A DNA stretch of 63,218 nucleotides, filler included, from Octopus bimaculoides (Eukaryota): the NCBI RefSeq assembly GCF_001194135.2. It is 7 parts of 4 records of this genome, joined end to end, with 100 filler letters (N's around TTAATTAATTAA, not from the genome) between each part and the next. Parts side by side here need not be neighbours in the genome. Positions count along the whole stretch, not along the records: positions 10,285 to 22,441 come from NC_069006.1; positions 22,542 to 32,832 come from NC_069001.1; 5 more parts are not named here. One strand, written 5' to 3'. The first letter of the stretch is position 1. The number at the start of each line of letters is the position of its first letter. Of this stretch, positions 12,957-26,200 are shown piece after piece. The position numbers and the translations under genes are program-made. Under the pieces are notes generated by a model, which was not told the DNA's origin, did no database searches, and saw only the letters and a list, made by a program, of their open reading frames with translations.

Positions 12957-15931
12957 NNNNNNNNNNNNNNNNNNNNNNNNNNNNNNNNNNNNNNNNNNNN
13001 NNNNNNNNNNNNNNNNNNNNNNNNNNNNNNNNNNNNNNNNNNNNNNNNNNNNNNNNNNNNNNNNNNNNNNNNNNNNNNNNNNNNNNNNNNNNNNNNNNNN
13101 NNNNNNNNNNNNNNNNNNNNNNNNNNNNNNNNNNNNNNNNNNNNNNNNNNNNNNNNNNNNNNNNNNNNNNNNNNNNNNNNNNNNNNNNNNNNNNNNNNNN
13201 NNNNNNNNNNNNNNNNNNNNNNNNNNNNNNNNNNNNNNNNNNNNNNNNNNNNNNNNNNNNNNNNNNNNNNNNNNNNNNNNNNNNNNNNNNNNNNNNNNNN
13301 NNNNNNNNNNNNNNNNNNNNAGATGTATATATATGTATAAATATACAGATGTGTATATATGTATAAATATACAGATATGTGTATATATGTATAAATATAC
13401 AGATGTGTGTATATATGTATATATATATACAGATCTGTGTGTGTATATATATATCAAACAGACATACATAAACTTATTCACTTGTTATCTCCACACAGTC
13501 AGTACTTTAGTGAGATGTGTGTGCATGTGTGTATATTGTATATATTTGTGCATATGCGTCTCACTGTATATACATACATGTATATGTGCGTATGCGCGTG
13601 ATTGTATGATATATGTAATTTGAATTCTGATTCTGTTTTTATTGTTAGTAATCGAAAACTAAATATAAATTGCAGTTTACGTTGGTGTTTTTTTACAGCA
13701 TAATTTTTTGTCAAAAATATACGAACCATATGTTAAATATTCAGAGCTTGTGGGAATTGAACCCATTTCTGCTTTGTTAACACACCATTGTATTGACTGC
13801 ATGACCACAAGCTTTCTTTACAATACTCATTGTCACAACAGAGCCTTTTTATGTATATTTAAATAAAAACAAATTCAAAATTGTTCTTGAATGCTAAAAA
13901 TATATTTCATATGCATTTGGTACAATCCTCCTTTTTATATGTGGCCGATTGCGAAATTAATTCCTAGATATTTTCAGGAGGGTGTAAGTAGTAACTTTTT
14001 TTTCTAATTCGTTAAAGAATCCCCCGTCCTTTATTTTTTAAGGATCTAACATCAGAAAAAATTGAACTTAGATATTTGTTTCTTTTGGAAAGATATTTAA
14101 AGTTTGTTCTGCTTTTTATATGGCAAAAATAAATAATGCAAACGTACATGTTTGAGTGTGTGTGTATTTGTATGCATATACATACATTTTATTATATTTG
14201 TATATATACATGCACACATACATATATATGCTCACATATATATGCACACATGCATATATATACAAACACATGCATATATATACACACATGCATATATACA
14301 TACAAACATATATATATATATACACATACATATATACACTCATATATATACACATACATACATATATACACACATACATACATATATATACATACACATA
14401 CATACATACACATACATACATATATACACACACATATATATATACACACACAACTATATAAATATAAATATATATATATATATACATATATATACACCGT
14501 GTTATGTATCTCCTGATATACACATTTATACGCACATACAAGCACACAATATATTATATTATATTATATTATATTATATTATATATATATATATATATAT
14601 ATNNNNNNNNNNNNNNNNNNNNNNNNNNNNNNNNNNNNNNNNNNNNNNNNNNNNNNNNNNNNNNNNNNNNNNNNNNNNNNNNNNNNNNNNNNNNNNNNNN
14701 NNNNNNNNNNNNNNNNNNNNNNNNNNNNNNNNNNNNNNNNNNNNNNNNNNNNNNNNNNNNNNNNNNNNNNNNNNNNNNNNNNNNNNNNNNNNNNNNNNNN
14801 NNNNNNNNNNNNNNNNNNNNNNNNNNNNNNNNNNNNNNNNNNNNNNNNNNNNNNNNNNNNNNNNNNNNNNNNNNNNNNNNNNNNNNNNNNNNNNNNNNNN
14901 NNNNNNNNNNNNNNNNNNNNNNNNNNNNNNNNNNNNNNNNNNNNNNNNNNNNNNNAAAAAAATTGATGTATTTGTCACTGATATATTTTGCTCTCCTTTT
15001 TTGTTTCGTTCAAATATAAAGAATGCATTTGAATATGATGCCTCTTTCTGATTATTGAAAGAAAACGAAATGATAGTGAAGTACTACTAATAATAATAAT
15101 AATGATAATGAAATAAAAATGAAATCGTAATTAAACATACCTTTTGTTCTGATTTGTTATTTTTATTTTTGTTATAACAATCTAGATATTCATGCGAAGA
15201 GGCAGTGGAAAAAATCATTTTCTCACAAATTCTGCTTTTGGTATAAGTTGTAAAGAAATTGTATTGTCTTTTTTGTTATTTTTGTGCATTGGCAACAGTG
15301 TGTTGTGTTGGCAACAATATTTCTCTATGTGAAACGAAAAATGGATGTAGCAAATGTATTCCAATAAAGAGAAGACTATGTAAGCGTCATGTCAGCAAAT
15401 TGAACTCGTACTCAGAGAATGAATTTAATAGAGTTAATTCTTCTAAATTTATCAGTGATTAGTGTGATGCTATATTAACAGGCATGCCTAATCCTTAACA
15501 GCTGCAGTGGTGAGTAGCAATATATCTGTCAACAACAACAATCGACAGCCAACACAACTTACTACTCAATATCAGTGCCTTCCCTTCTCTTCCCAACAAC
15601 CAATGTCTGAGTGGTAACACTGATAGCTCACATAACTGTCACAGAAGAATATTACAGCTATGTCACAACACACAGTCAAAAGATGCTACAACTCACCGTC
15701 CGAAGCTTTTGTTGTTTCACACCCTTGAACTTTGTTGCATAAACAGAATATAATTTTCTGCAATCAAAGTTACATTAATATCAGATTTACTTTTCATAGA
15801 AAGCACGTGGTAGCAAGTTCATAGTTTAATACATACGTCTTCTGTAGACTTACTTGCATAGCCATGTGTTTATTCCACACGCACAACTATATTAGCTTTT
15901 CTATGCATTTACGCAAACTCACTAGCATGTA

Positions 15932-15983
<52 letters not shown>

Positions 15984-16502
15984 TTCCAAAATGGAGGTGA
16001 ACGCCTTTCTTCATGTGATTGGCTTGAAAAATTGTTTAGATACTAGGATATTTTCCTACTTTTTTTTTNNNNNNNNNNNNNNNNNNNNNNNNNNNNNNNN
16101 NNNNNNNNNNNNNNNNNNNNNNNNNNNNNNNNNNNNNNNNNNNNNNNNNNNNNNNNNNNNNNNNNNNNNNNNNNNNNNNNNNNNNNNNNNNNNNNNNNNN
16201 NNNNNNNNNNNNNNNNNNNNNNNNNNNNNNNNNNNNNNNNNNNNNNNNNNNNNNNNNNNNNNNNNNNNNNNNNNNNNNNNNNNNNNNNNNNNNNNNNNNN
16301 NNNNNNNNNNNNNNNNNNNNNNNNNNNNNNNNNNNNNNNNNNNNNNNNNNNNNNNATATACACGTTATGATCAAACATTGAGAGTGAGTGCGTGACACGG
16401 CGTCTTAATTTTTAAGCTTTACACACCAACCTTACATATATGAGACCTACGCTTCTACATATTATCAATTGCTACCTCAAGGGTAACATGGAATGTTCTG
16501 AT

Positions 16503-16748
16503 TTAGGATATTCTACAAAAAATATCCCTATACATTCTAATGATGTCGACAGGAAAATGTTACTGGAGAAAATGATAGATCTTATAAGGCATATGAGGTA
16601 GAAGGCGTTTTTCTATGATCAAAGCATGCCACATTCTGAGGCTAATACATACAGTATCAAGTCTAGGACATTCCCACCTAGAATCAAGGAACTCGAGGCC
16701 TTCAAAGCAGACCTACTGGGCATAATATCCAGGATAAAATTCCCTAAG
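16503..16748 (+). mobile_element. PLE N-terminal fragment
   Basis: Manual translation LGYSTKNIPIHSND..KMIDLIRHMR*KAFF..YSIKSRTFPPRIKELEAFKADL..RIKF resembles the YSTKNIP..RMRWKAFF N-terminus of invertebrate PLE ORFs (recognised from memory, not searched). Confidence 0.5.
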
Positions 16749-17126
16749 TTCTTTCCCCCCTTTTCAAAGCAAACTCTGTGAAGATATACATAAAATAAAA
16801 AACTCTAACAGGTCCTTAATCTTTTCGGATAAGACTAAAAACTTTATATATATANNNNNNNNNNNNNNNNNNNNNNNNNNNNNNNNNNNNNNNNNNNNNN
16901 NNNNNNNNNNNNNNNNNNNNNNNNNNNNNNNNNNNNNNNNNNNNNNNNNNNNNNNNNNNNNNNNNNNNNNNNNNNNNNNNNNNNNNNNNNNNNNNNNNNN
17001 NNNNNNNNNNNNNNNNNNNNNNNNNNNNNNNNNNNNNNNNNNNNNNNNNNNNNNNNNNNNNNNNNNNNNNNNNNNNNNNNNNNNNNNNNNNNNNNNNNNN
17101 NNNNNNNNNNNNNNNNNNNNNNNNNN

Positions 17127-17184
<58 letters not shown>

Positions 17185-17219
17185 GTATGTATGTAATCTT
17201 ACAACAAAAATGACAAATC

Positions 17220-18610
17220 TCATGACTATAGCAAAGATCATGATATGATTCCACATTCGTGGATCATCGAGTGCTTAGATCTGTTTGGAATTGCGAGGAA
17301 TGTAATGTGTTACCTGAAGAGAAGTATGGTGGAATGGAAATCTGAACTGACATCTTATGGAAAAAGTTTGGGCACTCTGGTTATCAGAAGAGGGATTTTC
17401 CAGGGTGATAGCTTATCTCTGTTGCTTTTTGTTCTCTGCATGATACCCCGGACCTTGGTACTTAGGAAAATGAACCTGGGGTACCAACTAAAGGGAAAAT
17501 CCCAAACAATCAACCACTCCCACCTTTATGGATATTTTGAAACTGTAAGGCAAGGATGATACACAAATGAGTTCTGTGGTGAACACGGTCCACTGGTGTT
17601 TGAATGGAATTTGGACTCAAGAAGTGCGGAATAATCTACTTAAAAAGAGGCAAAGTACTGTCCCTCGCAAGGATAGAATTACCAAATAGAGACTTGATTA
17701 AACAAATTGAAATGGAAGGATACAAATACCTTGGTGTACTAAAGTACAACGAGATAATGGAAAAGGAAATGAAAGAGCAACTGAGGATGGAGTATTCCCT
17801 AAGACTGAGGTTGGTGTTGCACTCAAAATTGATCAGATAGAATAAAATCCAAGCAGTTAATACGTGGGTGATAGCATCATTTCAGTATGGAGCGGGAATT
17901 ATAAAATGGCAAAAGAAAGAAATGAAGAAAATGGATACCAAGACCAGAAAAAATGTTGACAGCAAATGGAGCCTTCCACCCTAAGAGTGACACCGATAGG
18001 CTGTACTTGTCCAGAAGAAAGGGTGGGGGAGGCTTGATCAGTTGCTAGGAGTGTATCAAAGCAGAGGGAAATACAGCTTAGGGTAGTATATAAAAAATGC
18101 CGTGCAGCCACTGTTGAAACACACGAAGAAGGCCAGTGTCATCAAAACTGACAATTATGTAACTAAACAAATGTAAACAAGAAATGAACCAAAAAAGCAT
18201 GGAAGGAAAAGAAAATGTACGGTCACTTTGCAAGAGATGTGAACGCCAAGACAGATACAGAGGACCGGTGGCTGTGGATGAGGGGGAGTGACCTGAAAAT
18301 AGAGACAGAAACACTCATGTGCGCAGCTCAAGAGCAAGCGTTAAGGACCAATTATATGAAATGCAGATTCGATAACACTACCGGTAGCGACAAATGCAAA
18401 ATGTGGTGAGAGGGGTGAAACGATATGGCACATCATTTGCGAATGCCTGAAATTAGCACAATGCGAATACAAAAAACACCATTAGGTGCTCTGTGGAAAT
18501 CACAGCCTACACAGAGCAAAGCCATGGTATGAGAAAATTCCAGAAGGAGTCACTGAAAGTGAGAATTGCAAAACCCAGTGGGATGCAATGATCCAGTCTG
18601 ATTAAATCCT
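17220..18610 (+). mobile_element. R4/Dong-type (RLE) non-LTR retrotransposon, 3' half, degenerate
   Basis: DY..DMIPHSWI, RRGIFQGDSLSLLLF, MEFGLKKC, YKYLG, ETETLMCAAQEQALRTNY, followed by a decayed CCHC knuckle (KCKMW*..ETIWHIICEC). Confidence 0.8.
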
Positions 18611-18816
18611 CGCTTTTAACCTGGGTGCAGCAGTGGACCCTCCTTTCGGGTTCCAAGGTGAATATCACGTCTACTGTGACACATTGTGTGCCGCCAATGA
18701 TAAATATATTTCACGCCAAAACCCTTTACAGGTTTCTTTCTAATTGGGCACGCTTCCCCCTTTTTGTTCGTCGTGTCATTGCGTTTGTTATATTGTTATA
18801 TTATCATGTATCTATT

Positions 18817-19039
18817 AAGGCAGCAAGCTGGCAGAATCGTTAGCACGTTGGACGAAATGCTTAGTGGTATTTCGCCCGCACGTCCTTACGTTCTGAGTTC
18901 AAAATCCGCCGAGGTCGACTTTGTCTTTCATCCTTCCGGGGTCAATAAATTAAGTACCAGTTGCGTACTGGGGTCGATCTAATCATCTGGCCTCCACCCA
19001 CAAAATTTCAGGCCTTGTGCTTATAATAGAAAGGATTAT
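18817..19039 (+). mobile_element. tRNA-derived SINE (family A), near complete
   Basis: aaggcagcaagctggcagaatcg head, B-box-like gagttcaaaatcc; homologues at 8510-8710, 27483-27593 and 28340-28395. Confidence 0.8.
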
Positions 19040-19049
19040 CGTGTATCTA

Positions 19050-19267
19050 TTGGGTTGTCCGGAAACTTCGCGCTGATTTTTTAAAGGAAAGAAAAAGGTC
19101 AATAAATACTTGCCATTACATTTTTAATGAACCATTTTGTTGCACAATGCGTCTCCATCTTTCCTTTAACTTGAAAATACCCTCTTCCCAGAATTGAGGT
19201 GGTTTCATGGCAAATAAGTGGAAAGGTAAGCTACTATAAATCGGCACGAACTTTCCGGACTACCCAA
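19050..19267 (-). mobile_element. Non-autonomous mariner MITE (218 bp internal-deletion derivative)
   Basis: TA-flanked, TIRs ttgggttgtccggaaa..tttccggactacccaa; interior matches the 3' end of the mariner at 43634-44893 in reverse. Confidence 0.9.
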
Positions 19268-19589
19268 TATTTGTCTTTCAGCATGACCATCTTTAGCACA
19301 ATCAAGAAACTTTTCTTTCTACCTTTCAGTAGAATTCATTGCCTTCTCATATTTCCTTCCCACTTTTGTTGCTACTTTTTCGCTGATTTTTGTACTTGCA
19401 GCTACTTTCCCTAAAACGTTGACATTTTGGCTTTTATTGACCTGAACGGTGAGGGTTGTTAGTTGCCACCACGCGATGGCCGTGGTGGCGCCGGTAGTAG
19501 TTGATTTTGTAATAGTCGTCGACTTCTTACCGGAATGATGTCGGCAGTGGTGTTGCACGGACTCGTTTATTTGGTACATGCTGTTGCTG

Positions 19590-19865
19590 ATAATGCCATT
19601 GTTGTTGTTGATGTTGCAGTTGCTGCTGTAGTTGCTGCTGCTGTAGTTGCTGCTGCTGTTACTCTTGCTGCAACTGCCGCTGTTGTAGTTGCTGTTGTAG
19701 TTGCTGTTGTTGTTGTTGCTGCTGCTGCCGCTGTTGTAGTTGTTGTAGTTGTTGTTGCTGCTGTTGTAGTTGCTGTTGCTGCTGCTGCTGTGGTTGCAGT
19801 TGCTGCTGTTGTTGCTGTTGCTGTTGTGGTTGCTGCTGCAGCTGCTACCATTGTTCTTGTTGTTA
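19590..19865. repeat. Compound (GTT/GCT/GTA)n trinucleotide tract
   Basis: Direct reading; open in two minus-strand frames (see findings). Confidence 0.9.
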
Positions 19866-21190
19866 CATTGCTGCTGTATTCTCTCAACACTAACCGAGCA
19901 GTATCCTTGTTATTTTGGTTGGTATTTTAAAAACTTGTGATGATAGCCCACTCCACAGTACATGGCAGCGTTATCGTAGTCGATGCAAGAATCTTTTCTG
20001 CAAGAGTAAAGTCCCTTGTTACCATAGCTGCAACTTATTAACTTCAAGACAGACTTTGGTGACATTTCTTGTCATGGAACCGACTCTGTGCTTCCAATAT
20101 TCCTCACCCATACCACATTTCCCACATTTCTTTCCATCAAAAATTTTTCTTGAAGAATCCAAGTCTTTTTTTGTATCAGAAGGCATTAAGATGAATATAA
20201 AGGAAATTGGGAAAGAGTGCCCCAGTAGAACTGTTACAAAAGGTTTGCCTCCCTGGCATGGCCAAAATAATCAGGAAAATATAAGATAGTTGAAAAGAAC
20301 GGATAACATGGGACCGTAGGCTGCAGGTAGCAAGCCCGCTACGCATGCAAGACTCCAGGAGCTTCAACAAAACCTGGGATAAAAAGAAATAATAATGATG
20401 ACGATGATGATGATGATGATAATTTCTTTAAATTTCTGTTTTCAGTGTTACGGAATATAATAATAAAATAAAACAAACAAACCAGGTTAAAAATATGTAA
20501 AACGAACTCTTTCTTGAATCCTTTTAATGGACCGATTAAATTGCTGAAGCGTCTGTTGCTGTTGAAGTCTTGTGTTTCCGCTTCTAGTCTTTCCCACTTT
20601 AAAACAACAATTGTCTTATGATGACATATGTTCCAAACAAACCGGTTCCCTCCGTAGGAAGACATTTTACAAGGAGAAACNNNNNNNNNNNNNNNNNNNN
20701 NNNNNNNNNNNNNNNNNNNNNNNNNNNNNNNNNNNNNNNNNNNNNNNNNNNNNNNNNNNNNNNNNNNNNNNNNNNNNNNNNNNNNNNNNNNNNNNNNNNN
20801 NNNNNNNNNNNNNNNNNNNNNNNNNNNNNNNNNNNNNNNNNNNNNNNNNNNNNNNNNNNNNNNNNNNNNNNNNNNNNNNNNNNNNNNNNNNNNNNNNNNN
20901 NNNNNNNNNNNNNNNNNNNNNNNNNNNNNNNNNNNNNNNNNNNNNNNNNNNNNNNNNNNNNNNNNNNNNNNNNNNNNNNNNNNNNNNNNNNNNNNNNNNN
21001 NNNNNNNNNNNNNNNNNNNNNNNNNNNNNNNNNNNNNNNNNNNNNNNNNNNNNNNNNNNNNNNNNNNNNNNNNNNNNNNNNNNNNNNNNNNNNNNNNNNN
21101 NNNNNNNNNNNNNNNNNNNNNNNNNNNNNNNNNNNNNNNNNNNNNNNNNNNNNNNNNNNNNNNNNNNNNNNNNNNNNNNNNNNNNNNNNN

Positions 21191-21223
<33 letters not shown>

Positions 21224-21499
21224 TTCTATGTATATGTGCGCGCGTGCATTTATATTCAAAGAAATTCACATATATCCTTAGACACACTAATTTCTAGTGT
21301 AATTTTCCTTCGCTCTGAGAATCTTTAGTAAAGAATTGCTGCAATTATCTTCGAGGTGATTACAGTGATGAGAAATTTAGGATTAAGAGCAAAAAAAACA
21401 AAAACAAAAATAAAAAAAAATAATAATAACCCCCTCGCACCCACCAAAAATTACCGAAATAAAAAATAAAAACGAAACGAAATGTTTCTAAACCATCTT

Positions 21500-21789
21500 T
21501 GCCGTCTAATAATAATAATAATAACAATAATAATAATTATAATAATACAAATATTAATAATAATAATGATTTAATAATAATTATAATAATGATAATAATG
21601 ATTCAATGATAATAATAATGGTTTAATAATAATAATAATAGTGCTGTAGGTATTAATAGCGTTAGTAGCATCAATCCATTTGCTATTGGCATCAGGTATT
21701 CCACTTTTACCCTCAGATCCCAAGAGTAACACGTACGTTAATCCACCGACGTCATTACATGACAACCACTACCACCGCCCTTGCCACTA

Positions 21790-21820
<31 letters not shown>

Positions 21821-22440
21821 AATGGCAACCACTTGTACTGCCACCGTCATGACCACCTTCGCCATTACCCTCATCAGCATCGGAAGCACCGCAACCATTC
21901 TCATTATTTCTGCCTCAACATTCCCTTTTCAACCACCACCACCACCACCACCACCACCACCTTCTTCACCATTACGACAACCGCCCACGCTGTCATCAGT
22001 ACTATGGCTCTTACACGTCGTCATCATCTTCTTCCTCCTCCTCCTCATCATCATCGTTGTTACCATGATCTTAATTATCATTACCGTCATCATTATCCCC
22101 GTCATCATCATCGTTGTCATCATTACCATCACCATCTTCATCATCATCATCACCAACATTTCCAACTCCATCACCATTATTAGCATCTCCAACACCACCA
22201 GCATCCTCAAACGCCTCCTCCAATAACCGCCACGACCGTCAACACCATTATCACCATCAGCAGCATCATCATCACTTACACCACTATCACCACCACCACC
22301 ACCACCACCCCGCTCCTCACCAGAACTGTCACCAGAACTAGCACTACTTGCATCAGCACCACCACTGCCGCCGCCACCACCACAACTACAACACGACCAC
22401 TGTCACCATCACAAAAACCGCCACCACCACCGTCTCCTCC
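21500..22440. repeat. Mosaic of AAT, TAC, TGC, ACC and CAT trinucleotide repeats
   Basis: Direct reading; explains the His/Thr/Ile-rich ORFs. Confidence 0.85.
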
Positions 22441-22665
22441 TNNNNNNNNNNNNNNNNNNNNNNNNNNNNNNNNNNNNNNNNNNNNTTAATTAATTAANNN
22501 NNNNNNNNNNNNNNNNNNNNNNNNNNNNNNNNNNNNNNNNNATATATATACATATACATACATACACACACACATATATATACATATACATACATACACA
22601 CACACATATATATACATATACATACATACACACACATATATATATATACATACATACACACACAC

Positions 22666-22718
<53 letters not shown>

Positions 22719-22735
22719 CATACATACACACACAC

Positions 22736-22816
<81 letters not shown>

Positions 22817-22869
22817 AAGATATTTTCGTCGCTTTGAGACCGCGACCTGTTCACTGACAAAATTCCTTT

Positions 22870-22959
22870 AATTCCGACACATGTTTCAAAAATTACATGC
22901 ACTCTATTCCAAAGGAATAAAAGATGTTATTATACATGTAATTTTCTCTTCAGGGAACC
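22870..22959 (-). ncRNA. Type I hammerhead ribozyme, GUC cleavage site (left arm of palindrome)
   Basis: GGUUCC-CUGAAGA-GAAAAUUACAUG..CAUGUAAUUUUU-GAAA-CAUGUG-UC-GGAAUU: 6-bp stem I, 12-bp stem II, near-palindromic stem III. Confidence 0.8.
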
Positions 22960-22978
22960 GTTCTTGCATTTAAAGAAT

Positions 22979-23068
22979 GGTTCCCTGAAGAGAACATTAC
23001 ATGTATAATAACATCTTTTATTCCTTTGGAATAGAGTGCTTGTAATTTTCGAAACATATGTTGGAATT
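22979..23068 (+). ncRNA. Type I hammerhead ribozyme, GUU cleavage site (right arm of palindrome)
   Basis: GGUUCC-CUGAAGA-stem II (10/12 pairs)-GAAA-CAUAUG-UU-GGAAUU; stem III ACAUAUGU is a perfect palindrome. Confidence 0.75.
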
Positions 23069-23249
23069 AAAGGAACTTATTTATTATGTGCGTTTTACTC
23101 CATTTATTTTTTATCATATATACACACACACACATATATATACACACATTGACATGTCTGTTTTCTTTGTATCGTCTACCTGTATGTTTTGTTCCTTTCT
23201 TGTATCACCTAACTGTCTGGATGTTTTGCATTCTTGTCTCATTCTGTAT

Positions 23250-23284
<35 letters not shown>

Positions 23285-26200
23285 ATACATATATACATCA
23301 GCTATTTCCACCCTTTTATTTTCTGTTAAGTCTTTGCAAACAATAACTGTCCATTCTTCTTATGATTATCATCCTCATCTTCATCATCTTCCTCAACACC
23401 TCTTACCATCATCTCCACCATCAACACAATAATTTTCATCCTCTCTCTCATCCTCATTGTAATGATAATGCTTTTGTTGCTCCCTACCTCTATTCCACCC
23501 CATGAGTTCACTATTACAGTTTCAGTTGAAGTAGAATAGTGGGTTCCAGTTTGAATTGTTTGAAGATATAAAATCTCTGGAGAGAACTTGAGGATGAGGA
23601 CTGTGTCCAAGGGGCAAGTATGTTGGAACCCTCTGAAACCTCTGTTACTTATGATCATCAACAGCATCACAGTCACCATCATCATGATAAGAGGTGACAG
23701 TGGTAGTGACATGATAAGAAGTGACAGAGGCAAATAATATAACTTAAGCAATATGGAACCTAGAGGGGCTTCTACCTAACCATAAACCTGCTAAAAATAG
23801 CAACCAAATTACCTTCAAATCTCAGCCCACCAGCTTTAAAAAAAAAATTATTACATTGGATGTATAAACTTGTATTTGATGTTTGTATTTCTTTGTTCCT
23901 ACAAGCAGGGACACATTGATGAATGTAGTCCAAAGTACACTTATGTCTGATGAAATGCAATTGTCACATGTGGATTTCCCCTGCACACAGTCTGTCCTTG
24001 ACAAATCTCTCCCTTATAATTCATCTCCGTAACACCCCTCTTCCCTCCACCTAGGTTCAGCTACTGAAATACCCCCTACCCATTCTTTTTTCACACTCTT
24101 GCAAACTTGCCTACTCTCACACCTTTTCTAGTCCTCAGTACCATTTATATACACCTCCTTGTAACTTGAGGGTACACCCCAACGTATCTGCATTATCTTC
24201 TTACTCTCCTTCCTCACACTACCACCTGGGGTAATGTGTATCTCTTCTACAGCAAGACACTTGTTTCTGTCCTTCTCTCATATATGACCCTTCATCATTC
24301 AGCACAAAGCCACCTTCTGTCAAACCATCCAACCCCTGCCAACAAGCAAAACAGATGTTTAAAGATGCTGCTGTTCTTATCTACATATGTTCTTATCTTC
24401 ATATCTTGATATGAAATAGCTGTAAAAAGTGGGCAAGATGAATAAAAGTTTATTTCAAAATTACAGTGATTTAATAGTGTACTATAGTTTTGAGTTTAAC
24501 ATGCAAATTAAATAAATTTTAAAAATTAATTTATATAACTTGAATGTTAAACTCGACACTATGGGGGACGTCATTAATTTAAATTTGGCAGCTGACTAGT
24601 TGGCTCATGTTACTTTCTTCAAAACATTACCTCATTCATCCACAGCAATTCTAAGTTCAAGGTATATAGTTATTTTTGAAATATATATATATATATATAT
24701 ATATCATTAATTTTTAAAAAATGGAGAAAAAGACAAAAAAAAAGCAACAACATGAAGATCTAGCACATGCAAAGTATTAATAAGATGCTCAGAGAAGGAA
24801 AAGAGTGGTTGTTTTTACATTTTGAGCATAGCTCTTCTTTGGATACAGGAAACATAGGAAAGTCAAAAGGAAGAAGGAAGAAAAACAATCGCCAACTGTC
24901 CACGTGTGTGTGTGTCTGTCTGTTAGACAAAATTCTGTCTGGAAAAGAAAGTGGATGTTAAAATGGTGGAGGCAGTGACAGTGGCATAATAGTAGTATAT
25001 CACTTGTACGGTATTTAATACACGTTTATCTTGTATGGTATTTGTTATTTAATAAACCTTTATTCATTGTTGTTGTTGGAATACATCATGTCACTGGCCA
25101 CTCTGAGTTATTTCTCTCACCTCAAGTGGGATGAAAACCCAGAACTAGATGGTTCTAAATTGAATATCTTAACCACATGGGCTATCTGTGTCCACTACCA
25201 CTTCCACCATCAAGTTGGGTTGCCTGAGCAGTTGTTATGATAATCAGAAGGGAGGGGGAGAGCTGTGGTAGTTAGGACTGACAAACTGGTTTGATTGAGA
25301 GAGATACCAGCTGGTTAGTTGGTTTGAAAATTGGAGAGAGAGAGAGTGAAACTGACCAGCTGGTTTGATATAAATGGCTAAAGAAAGAGAGGAGACAAGA
25401 GTATACAGAACTAACCAGTTACTAAGCTAGCCAGTGAGAGAGATAAATGTACTCCTACAGGCAACTGACCACTAGCTCTGTTTATCCTCCCACCACTTCT
25501 ATTAAACAATCAATCACTAGCTAATGTTTGACCTTTTATACAGATCAGTTTGGACCTCTACACTGCAGGTTTTTAATCTGTGACTCGTCACTCTCTTCAT
25601 AACGAGATAATGATTTAATTAAACATGCTGCTGTCTTGTGATCTATAGTTCTGTGGTTGTGGTCATGGTGGTGTTGTGCTGGTGAGGCTGTGGTTGTTGC
25701 TGTTGTTGGTAGTATTGTCAGTTGTGGTAATAGTGGCAGTAGTGGTTATGTTAGTGATGATGCTATAAGATGTCAGTGGTGATTATGATGGTAATGGTTG
25801 TTGCAGTGATGGTGGTAGTAGTGTATATTTTATGTGTAACATAACTAGTTATATATCTGATGTAGATTTTTTTTCACCACCACCCCCTGCACACATACTA
25901 AATATTAATTCTGATCTTGAAGATCTATAATTGGAGTCATTCCAATCCCAGCCATGACCACCTTGCCATTTATTTAAACTCAGTGTGTCTGCTTCAGACT
26001 ACATTACCTAAAGTGGTCTTCCTATTCCTAAACAGAAAGGTTTTATTTGAGTGAGATTTGACTGCTCTATTTAGCAAATTAAAATACCTCCACAGAGGCC
26101 CATGCCTTCATTGCATTTTGTTTGTTGTTAAATGGAGAAACTAATGAAATATAAATATCAAAATAAAGGTAACTAAGATGGGTGAAGGACGGTCTGGAAA

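Noticed and set aside
21680-22341. His/Cys/Tyr-rich ORFs suggestive of a metal-binding or structural protein
   Set aside because: All frames are explained by a trinucleotide mosaic; no start context, splice signals or frame preference.
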